From: an archaeon
GTDB lineage: Archaea > Nanobdellota > Nanobdellia > Pacearchaeales > GW2011-AR1
DNA length: 17,368 bases
Direction: 5' to 3'
Assembly (NCBI GenBank): GCA_043810775.1
Contig: JBDRNU010000020.1
Location: 1 to 17,368, forward strand
Part shown: piece after piece, positions 6,721 to 13,620 of the stretch
How the letters are laid out: each line of letters opens with the position of its first letter
Numbering within the stretch: the stretch's first letter is position 1
Made by a program: the position numbers and the translations under genes
The notes under the pieces: generated by a model
Told to the model about the DNA's origin: nothing
The model's database searches: none
Seen by the model: the letters and a program-made list of their open reading frames with translations, nothing else

Positions 6721-9000
6721 ATGATGTTCAAAAAGGGGACTACTATTTATGCCTATGAGATTGTGAGAGAATCTGGGCAGGATATAATGTATATTAATTA
6801 CTTGGGAGCTCCTTTTACTCCAAGTTTAGCAAGTAATGGTGAAGTTATGGCCAGGGCTATTGAATCTTTGATTGAAAGTCCAAATGTTTCCAGGATTATT
6901 TTTGTACAGCAAAGGAATTATAGTTATGATTTTCCCCAAATAGCTATGCTTCTAGAAATTGCCCAACTTTACACTTATTTCATGAAGCAGGAAAAAATTT
7001 TATCTCCGAGCAGATTAGTGCTAAGGTCTCAAGAACAGTTAGGACAGAGGCACAATGATATTGCTTTTTTCCTTACTTTGTTGAAAAAAGATCCTGTTTA
7101 TGCTTATGTTGAAGTTAGGAGATTTTTAATTAAAGAAAGAATTATGCTGGACAAGCTTCCTACAGAGAATAAAGTTGACCAGATGAATTATATAAGGCTG
7201 CTGGAGAAGATAATTACTTTAATGGAAAGCACAACTTTAATTAAAAATATTCAGCCTTATCTAGATGGCTACAAATCTGGAGATAGGGAAATATATAATT
7301 TGTTTTTCAGGCCAGATATTATTCCTAATTTTACTTTTACAAGGCTAGTGGCGAGCCTGCCAAAGGAAGCTGAGATTGTTGATGAGTATGAAATTGGGGA
7401 AAATTATGACAAGAGCCTTGTAACTATTTTAAAGAAAAAAGAGGAAGCTAAGTATATTTATCACTTAATGCCTCCAGAATATTCACTGCCTGAAGATCAG
7501 CATATGCTTTTGAATCTTGCAAGAAATGTTTTAATTGAGCACAGGCCTAAAGCAGAAGAGTTTACTGATCCTGAGAGAACTAGGCAGGTTTTTTTTAATG
7601 TAGCGAGGGACTTGCTTCAAGAGCTGAGCAATAATAAGAGGATTTCTTTAAGTTATACTGATTTAAATAAGCTTGCGAGAATACTAGTAAGGCATACTAT
7701 TGGTTTTGGTTTAATTGAGGTGCTATTACAAGACACTAAATTACAAGATATAATGCTAAATGCTCCTATTTCGTTAAACACTATTTTTGTAAGGCACAGT
7801 GAGTTTGACGAGTGTGTTACTAATATTGTGCCTAATACGGAAGATGCTGATTCGTGGGCAGCTAAATTAAGAATGCTTTCAGGAAGACCTCTGGATGAGG
7901 CAAACCCTGTATTAGATACTGATTTGTCAATTGAAAAAACTAGGGCTAGGGTGGCTGTTATTCAAGAGCCTCTTTCTCCTTATGGAATTTCTTATGCTTT
8001 GAGAAGACACAGGGATGAACCTTGGACATTGCCTTTATTTATTAAGAATAAGATGCTGAATCCTTTTGCAGCTGGCTTACTGAGTTTTTTAGTAGATGGT
8101 TCGAGGACATTGTTAGTTGCTGGAACAAGAAGTGCTGGAAAAACTTCTTTATTGGGGAGTTTGATGCTTGAAATAATGCCTAAGTTCAGAATTATTGTAA
8201 TTGAAGATACTTTGGAGCTGCCAACTGATGCTTTGAGAAAAATAGGATATGATATATTGAGGATGAAAGTTAGGAGCGCTTTATTGCAGACTACTACTGA
8301 GGTTGAAGCTGCTGAGGGTATTAGGACTAGCTTGAGATTTGGGGACTCCTGCCTGATAATTGGAGAGGTAAGAAGTTCTGAAGCCAGGGCTTTGTATGAG
8401 GCAATGAGAGTTGGAGCTCTTGCAAATGTAGTTGCTGGAACAATTCATGGTGCCAGCCCTTATGCAGTATTTGACAGGGTGGTAAATGACTTGCAAGTGC
8501 CTGTGACCAGCTTTAAGGCAACTGATGCTGTCATTGTTACAAATCCTGTTAAAACTGCTGATGGACTACATAGCTGGAGGAGACTGGTTCAGTTAAGTGA
8601 AGTAAGGAAGCACTGGACTCGCGATCCTATTGAAGAAAAAGGTTTTGTTGACTTGCTGAAATATAATGTTGATAAGGATGAGCTAGAACCTACTGAGGAC
8701 TTGATTAATGGCGACAGTGAGATAATTAAGGCAATAGCCAGCAATGTAAAGGGGTGGGCTGGGAATTGGGACGCTGTTTATGATAATATTCTGCTGAGAG
8801 CCAGGATAAAACAGGCAATTGTTGACGCTGCTGAAAAATCAAAAATACCAGAATTACTAGAAGCCAGATTTAACTCGCTGGCAAATACAATGTTTTATGA
8901 ATTTTCTGACAAGATAAGGCAGGAGATTGGACTGCCAGTTGGAGATAGAGTTTTTCCTGAGTGGGAAAAGTGGATGAAGAAGCATATTAAGAATTTATAA
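6721..9000 (+). CDS. Type II/IV secretion system traffic ATPase (VirB11/TadA-CpaF/ArlI family) with long N-terminal extension
   Basis: Walker A AGTRSAGKTS, Asp box IVIEDTLEL, Walker B LIIGEVR, His box GTIHG, and upstream GFGLIEVLLQD..LQDI and RPLDEANPVLD segments. Start at ATG 6721 or 6724. Confidence 0.93.
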   Translation: MMFKKGTTIYAYEIVRESGQDIMYINYLGAPFTPSLASNGEVMARAIESLIESPNVSRIIFVQQRNYSYDFPQIAMLLEIAQLYTYFMKQEKILSPSRLVLRSQEQLGQRHNDIAFFLTLLKKDPVYAYVEVRRFLIKERIMLDKLPTENKVDQMNYIRLLEKIITLMESTTLIKNIQPYLDGYKSGDREIYNLFFRPDIIPNFTFTRLVASLPKEAEIVDEYEIGENYDKSLVTILKKKEEAKYIYHLMPPEYSLPEDQHMLLNLARNVLIEHRPKAEEFTDPERTRQVFFNVARDLLQELSNNKRISLSYTDLNKLARILVRHTIGFGLIEVLLQDTKLQDIMLNAPISLNTIFVRHSEFDECVTNIVPNTEDADSWAAKLRMLSGRPLDEANPVLDTDLSIEKTRARVAVIQEPLSPYGISYALRRHRDEPWTLPLFIKNKMLNPFAAGLLSFLVDGSRTLLVAGTRSAGKTSLLGSLMLEIMPKFRIIVIEDTLELPTDALRKIGYDILRMKVRSALLQTTTEVEAAEGIRTSLRFGDSCLIIGEVRSSEARALYEAMRVGALANVVAGTIHGASPYAVFDRVVNDLQVPVTSFKATDAVIVTNPVKTADGLHSWRRLVQLSEVRKHWTRDPIEEKGFVDLLKYNVDKDELEPTEDLINGDSEIIKAIASNVKGWAGNWDAVYDNILLRARIKQAIVDAAEKSKIPELLEARFNSLANTMFYEFSDKIRQEIGLPVGDRVFPEWEKWMKKHIKNL

Positions 9001-9030
9001 TTTTTCTTGCAATAATTAATCTTCCAACAG

Positions 9031-9070
9031 TAAGTTTTATAAAGTTACTTTAAGTTACTTAAAGTAACTA
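9031..9070. promoter_or_regulatory. TATA box plus array of direct and inverted repeats, putative operator of the RHH gene
   Basis: 10-nt phased units TAAGTTTTAT/AAAGTTACTT/TAAGTTACTT/AAAGTAACTA. AAGTTACTT occurs at 9042 and 9052. Perfect inverted repeat AGTTACTT-A-AAGTAACT at 9053-9069. TTTATAAA at 9036-9043. Confidence 0.7.
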
Positions 9071-9072
9071 GG

Positions 9073-9258
9073 ATGGACAGCACAGTAAAAATTGATTCTG
9101 AACTGAAAGCAAGAGCTGAAGCTCTTATTAAGGAAAAAAAGTTTGATTATCCTAACTTGAAGAATTTTGTTGACAAGGCTGTCTTAATGATGCTAGAAAA
9201 GGAAGATATAAAAAACAAAAATGAGAATAAATTAAAGGAGAAAAAGAGGAAAAAATGA
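9073..9258 (+). CDS. Small ribbon-helix-helix (CopG/Arc/MetJ-like) DNA-binding protein
   Basis: STVKIDSELKARAEALI...YPNLKNFVDKAVLMMLEKE fits a beta strand followed by two helices. Basic tail. Confidence 0.75.
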   Translation: MDSTVKIDSELKARAEALIKEKKFDYPNLKNFVDKAVLMMLEKEDIKNKNENKLKEKKRKK

Positions 9259-9773
9259 GATTTGAATACTATGATAAGCTAATTAATAAAAAAACTACTG
9301 GAAGATATGATATAACCCCTATATTTGAAAATGCTGATTCATTTAATAATTTGATTAAGGATTTAATTAAACCTTTTAATAATCTAAAGATTGATAAAAT
9401 AGTTGGAATTGATGCTTTAGGTTTTATTTTGGGTGGAGCAATTGCAATTAAGTTAAAAAAAGGATTCATTCCTATAAGAAAAGCAGGTAAGCTACCTAGT
9501 AAAAGTTTACTTAAAGTATCATTTAAAGATTATTCAAAAGAAGAGAAAGCATTTGAAATGAATAAATCTTCAATCAAAAGAAGAGAAAAAGTATTGTTAG
9601 TAGATGAATGGATTGAAACTGGAACTCAGATTCATGCTGCTATTAAGCTGATTAAAAAGCAAAAAGGTAAGGTAGTGGGAATAGCTACATTAAATTTGGA
9701 TAAGAATAATAAAACTCAAGTTTTATTAGATAAATATAATTGTAAACCTATTAATATATCAAACGAAAAATGA
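9255..9773 (+). CDS. apt: Adenine phosphoribosyltransferase-like type I PRTase
   Basis: YDITPIF, IVGIDALGFILG, FIPIRKAGKLP, and PRPP loop VLLVDEWIETGTQI. Confidence 0.82.
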   Translation: MRFEYYDKLINKKTTGRYDITPIFENADSFNNLIKDLIKPFNNLKIDKIVGIDALGFILGGAIAIKLKKGFIPIRKAGKLPSKSLLKVSFKDYSKEEKAFEMNKSSIKRREKVLLVDEWIETGTQIHAAIKLIKKQKGKVVGIATLNLDKNNKTQVLLDKYNCKPINISNEK

Positions 9774-11920
9774 GCGATATTGATGAAATTTTTAAGAAAT
9801 ACGGGGCAAAACTGAATAAGAAGATTGACCAGGATGTATCTTCAGGTGAAAATTACAGCAAGGAATTTATGCAATTTAAAGAAGACATGATGCCGAGACA
9901 CAGCAGATATGAAAACTGGTGCAATGGCATAGGAAGCATTATTAACTTAAAGGTAGCTAAAAAAGATGAAGATAAGATACAGAAACATATTGATGTAGCT
10001 CATCTTGATGTAACTCCTGGCCAGGCTTTAACTCTTGCAATTTTATCATTGCTGGGAACTTTCTTATTAGGGGTGATGATTTTTGTTGCAATTTACTTGC
10101 TTACAGGAGAACTGCCAATACTATTCTTGTTTTTAGTAATCATGGCAGCTCTGTTCTTGTTTTATTATAGCTATACTACTCCTTTAAGGCTTGCAAATGT
10201 ATGGAGATTGAAAGCCAGCAGTCAGATGGTGCCTGCTATACTTTATATTGTTGCTTATATGAAACATACAAGTAATTTAGAGCGAGCTATCGCGTTTGCT
10301 TCTTCACATTTAGCTCCACCTCTATCACTAGATTTTAAGAAGGTGTTTTGGGATGTTGAAACTGGAAAGTTTTCTACTGTAAGGGAGAGTCTGGATAATT
10401 ATATTGAAAGTTGGAGAGATTATAATATTGAGTTTATTGAGAGTTTTCATCTTATAGAAAGCAGCTTGTTTGAGCCTAGTGAAGACAGAAGAATTCAGGT
10501 GCTAGAGAGAGCGCTGCAAGTAATTTTAGATGGAGTTTATGACCATATGCTGAAATATACTCACTCTGTAAGAAGCCCTTTGACTAACTTGTATATGCTT
10601 GGAATTGTCTTGCCAACTTTAGCTTTGGCATTGCTACCTTTAGCTAGCACATTGCTGCAAGGGCTAATAAAGTGGTATCATGTTTTTTTATTTTTTAATA
10701 TACTTATTCCGTTTTTTGTTTATTATCTTACTAGCCAGATTATGCTAAAACGTCCCGGGGGCCATGGGGAGACGGATATACTTGAGATGAATCCTCTTTA
10801 TTCCCAGTATAAAAGTAAAAGGCCTTATGTTATAGCCTTTCTTATTACCTTACCTTTTTTTATAATTGGATTTATGCCTTTTTTATTCCAGTATACTGCT
10901 TTGCCTGAAGTCTTAAACTTGCAGAAAGATTATACTTTTGCACAGATTGGTATTGATTATTTTGGAGATGCTAAATTATTTGATTTTAAGGTGACTGAAG
11001 CTGGGACTACTGGGCCGTTTGGATTAATAGCTTTAATATTAAGCTTTTTTATTCCATTAGGGCTTGCTTTATTTTTCTCCATTGCGTATGGTATGAAGAC
11101 TAAGAACTTAATTAAGGATAGAGACCGGAGCAAGCAGTTAGAACAGGAATTTACTAATTCACTATTTCAGCTTGGAAATAGACTGGGAGATGGAATGCCT
11201 GCTGAAATTGCTTTTGCAAGAATGATAGATTCTTCAAGAGGATTAGTTACTGAGAATTTTTTCAGGACAGTTAATACTAATGTGCAGCAGCTTGGAATGG
11301 GTTTGGAACAGGCAATATTTAATCCTAGAAGAGGGGCTATTATTTACTATCCTAGTGCGCTGATAAGTATCAGCATGAAGATTCTTATTGATGGTGTTAA
11401 AAAGGGATTGCAGGTAGCTGCGAGAAGCTTGATGAGTATTTCAGAGTATGTGAAGAATATTCAAAAAATTACTCAGAGATTAAAGGATTTGCTTGCTGAA
11501 GTAGTAAGTGATATGCAGAGCAATATGACTTTTTTAGCACCATTACTAGCTGGAATAGTTGTAGGATTATCTAGTATGATAACTATGATTTTAGGAAAGC
11601 TAGAGGCAATGTTTGATTTGGGCAGTGCTGCTGATGTTGGAGGATATGGATTAGAAGCAATACTTGACATATTTAATGTGAGCCAGATGCTACCTCCTTA
11701 TTTTTTGCAGGTATCTGTTGGAATTTATCTTGTTCAGATTGTGTTTATCTTGACTTCTACACTTGTAACTGTTGATGCTGGAGAAGATAGATTGAAAAGG
11801 ATTTATGAAACTGGGAGAAATTTGAAGTCAGCATTGATTCTTTATACTGTTGCTTCGCTGATAGCTGTAATTTCCCTGTCCATACTTGCAATAGTGGCTT
11901 TGGGTGGCATGGCTGGATAA
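9770..11920 (+). CDS. Type IV pilus/Tad membrane platform protein with two T2SSF (TadB/TadC, ArlJ-like) domains
   Basis: Two cytoplasmic T2SSF-like regions (MVPAILYIVAYMKHTSNLERAI and EFTNSLFQLGNRLGDGMPAEIAF), each flanked by TM helices. Lies downstream of the secretion ATPase. Confidence 0.85.
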   Translation: MSDIDEIFKKYGAKLNKKIDQDVSSGENYSKEFMQFKEDMMPRHSRYENWCNGIGSIINLKVAKKDEDKIQKHIDVAHLDVTPGQALTLAILSLLGTFLLGVMIFVAIYLLTGELPILFLFLVIMAALFLFYYSYTTPLRLANVWRLKASSQMVPAILYIVAYMKHTSNLERAIAFASSHLAPPLSLDFKKVFWDVETGKFSTVRESLDNYIESWRDYNIEFIESFHLIESSLFEPSEDRRIQVLERALQVILDGVYDHMLKYTHSVRSPLTNLYMLGIVLPTLALALLPLASTLLQGLIKWYHVFLFFNILIPFFVYYLTSQIMLKRPGGHGETDILEMNPLYSQYKSKRPYVIAFLITLPFFIIGFMPFLFQYTALPEVLNLQKDYTFAQIGIDYFGDAKLFDFKVTEAGTTGPFGLIALILSFFIPLGLALFFSIAYGMKTKNLIKDRDRSKQLEQEFTNSLFQLGNRLGDGMPAEIAFARMIDSSRGLVTENFFRTVNTNVQQLGMGLEQAIFNPRRGAIIYYPSALISISMKILIDGVKKGLQVAARSLMSISEYVKNIQKITQRLKDLLAEVVSDMQSNMTFLAPLLAGIVVGLSSMITMILGKLEAMFDLGSAADVGGYGLEAILDIFNVSQMLPPYFLQVSVGIYLVQIVFILTSTLVTVDAGEDRLKRIYETGRNLKSALILYTVASLIAVISLSILAIVALGGMAG

Positions 11921-11931
11921 AACAACCTAGT

Positions 11932-11950
11932 GGTTTTTTTATATTTTCCC
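11932..11950 (+). terminator. Possible archaeal oligo-T terminator after the platform gene
   Basis: GGTTTTTTTATATTTTCCC starts 12 nt after the stop codon. Confidence 0.35.
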
Positions 11951-11971
11951 TTGAATATTATTATCGTAATA

Positions 11972-11979
11972 TTTATTAA
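11972..11979 (+). promoter_or_regulatory. Putative TATA box for the pilin-SLT unit
   Basis: TTTATTAA 22-29 nt upstream of ATG 12001. Confidence 0.5.
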
Positions 11980-12000
11980 CGTTGCTTAGCTTAGTTGATT

Positions 12001-12153
12001 ATGAAAAAAAGAGGAGAACTTGAAATAGAAACTTTAGCTATTATTGTTATAGTCTTAATTTTTTTAGGGTTAGCTGTTGCTGGAGTTGTTCTTTTTAAAG
12101 ATAAGGGGATAAATATTCTTGATTATATTAAAGATATACTTGGGGGAAGATAA
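12001..12153 (+). CDS. Small type IV (Flp-sized) pilin with class III signal peptide, not in the supplied ORF track
   Basis: Hand translation gives MKKRG|ELEIETLAIIVIVLIFLGLAVAGVVLFKDKGINILDYIKDILGGR* (50 aa): basic leader, Gly at -1, Glu at +5, hydrophobic helix. TAATG overlap with the next gene. Confidence 0.85.
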   Translation: MKKRGELEIETLAIIVIVLIFLGLAVAGVVLFKDKGINILDYIKDILGGR

Positions 12154-13619
12154 TGGCTAATCAACAAATGACTAATAAGATTATTGCACTAATTTTAGCT
12201 CTCTTAGTTATATGCTGTATGGTAGTAGTTGCAATGAATAAAGACAAGATTTTTAGTTTTTTTGACCAGTTTGGATTTTTTGGAAATAGGACTTCGAGTA
12301 ATGTTGGTGGTGGGAGTGGTGGAGGGAGTGGTGGAGGGGGGGCGAGTGTTCCTGGGGTGATTCAGCCTAATTATATTATTAAGAAATATCCTCGGGGAGA
12401 GGTGAGGATTGCTGATGATTCTGATTATAAAAAATTCGAGAAAGATGGGATTGAACATGAATTTTCAGGAAAAAAGTTTACTTTTAGGTATTATAAATCT
12501 GCTGCAGGGAAGTGGCAGTATAAAGTAGATTATGCTACTGATCAGTCCAAAGGAAGGATAGCTAATCTTGCAGTTAGTGCTGCCAATTTTATAATGGGTG
12601 TAGCTGATCCAGTTAGGGGGGGAGATGTTGGTGACGAAATGCTTATTATTGAGTTAAATAATGCTAAAGAAAACTGGCAAAAAGAGGGGTATAGTTTTGC
12701 ATCGGCTCTTAAAGGAAGGGATGTTATTGATGGTTTAGTTTTATTTAGTGAGTTAAAAGGATTTGATGATAGCAAATTGCCTAATATTAAAATTATACCA
12801 AATCAGGGTTTAGTTGAAGTGGGAGAGATTGCAAGTTATCCTAATATAGTTTCAAAAAATATGAGATATAAAATTTTATATCAGGGAGCTGATCAGACGG
12901 TTTATTTGAGTTATAATCCAGAACTGGAAGGAGAAAATTTAGTTCGTGATAAAAAAGCAACTATTTATGATAGCAATAATAATCAGATTGGGATTATAAA
13001 TAATTATGAGATAGATATGACTGCAAACGGCTATGAGTATCTTGATAATACTTTTATTGTTGGAAATAAGATTTATGCTGTTTCTTCAGGAGTGATTGCC
13101 AAGGTTGTTCAAAAAGTCCAGGTGAGCGGAGTTAAAAATTATCTTGGAGCTAGAAAGACTTGCATGGAGGATTACTCTGCTTGGATTGAAAAATACTCTT
13201 TAGAGTATCAGATTGACCCTGTTTTAGTTTTAGCTTTAGCTATTCAGGAAAGTGATTGCCTTCAGGGCAAAGTAACTAGCTCTTATGGGGTGATGCAGAT
13301 AGAGCAGGGCACTTATAATCAATATTGCAAAGATATTGCAAGCTTTAGTGAGATTCAATCTAATGCTGAGAAAAATATTAGGTGCTCTGCAAAAATTTTG
13401 AGAAATTATTATAATCTTTATGGTGCTTATGGAAAAGAAAGCTATTATCAGAGTAAAGTTAGAGTTTATTGCAAGGATGCAAAGTATCTTAATACTTTTC
13501 TTAGTTATACTGGATGGGACGCTGCATTAAGAGCTTATAATGGATTAAGCTGCAGTGTTGGCAATCCTATTTATGTTGAAGAATTAAATTCTGTTTATAA
13601 TAACTTGAGGACACTTTAA
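12153..13619 (+). CDS. Membrane-anchored or pilin-like exported protein with C-terminal soluble lytic transglycosylase (SLT/GH23 lysozyme-like) domain
   Basis: N-terminal TM helix and a GGGSGGGSGGGG linker. The C-terminus has IDPVLVLALAIQES (catalytic Glu366), YGVMQI, AEKNIRCSAKILRNYY and WDAALRAYNG, the SLT motifs I-III in the correct order. Confidence 0.88.
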   Translation: MANQQMTNKIIALILALLVICCMVVVAMNKDKIFSFFDQFGFFGNRTSSNVGGGSGGGSGGGGASVPGVIQPNYIIKKYPRGEVRIADDSDYKKFEKDGIEHEFSGKKFTFRYYKSAAGKWQYKVDYATDQSKGRIANLAVSAANFIMGVADPVRGGDVGDEMLIIELNNAKENWQKEGYSFASALKGRDVIDGLVLFSELKGFDDSKLPNIKIIPNQGLVEVGEIASYPNIVSKNMRYKILYQGADQTVYLSYNPELEGENLVRDKKATIYDSNNNQIGIINNYEIDMTANGYEYLDNTFIVGNKIYAVSSGVIAKVVQKVQVSGVKNYLGARKTCMEDYSAWIEKYSLEYQIDPVLVLALAIQESDCLQGKVTSSYGVMQIEQGTYNQYCKDIASFSEIQSNAEKNIRCSAKILRNYYNLYGAYGKESYYQSKVRVYCKDAKYLNTFLSYTGWDAALRAYNGLSCSVGNPIYVEELNSVYNNLRTL

Positions 13620-13620
13620 T

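Noticed and set aside
9073-9773. RHH and downstream gene as a toxin-antitoxin pair
   Set aside because: The downstream gene has canonical APRT motifs rather than a PIN, RelE or similar toxin fold, although this is not formally excluded.
6721-11920. Interpretation as an archaellum or a conjugative T4SS
   Set aside because: No archaellin, ArlH, ArlF/G, VirB4, VirD4 or relaxase in the window. The T2SSF platform and class III pilins fit a type IV pilus/Tad-like system better.
12306-12341. G-rich run as a possible G-quadruplex or contingency tract
   Set aside because: Fully explained as codons for the GGGSGGGSGGGG linker, and the frame is intact.
12153-13619. SLT gene as a sign of a prophage or virion lysin
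   Set aside because: No viral structural, packaging or integrase genes nearby. The gene has an N-terminal membrane anchor and is coupled to a pilin.
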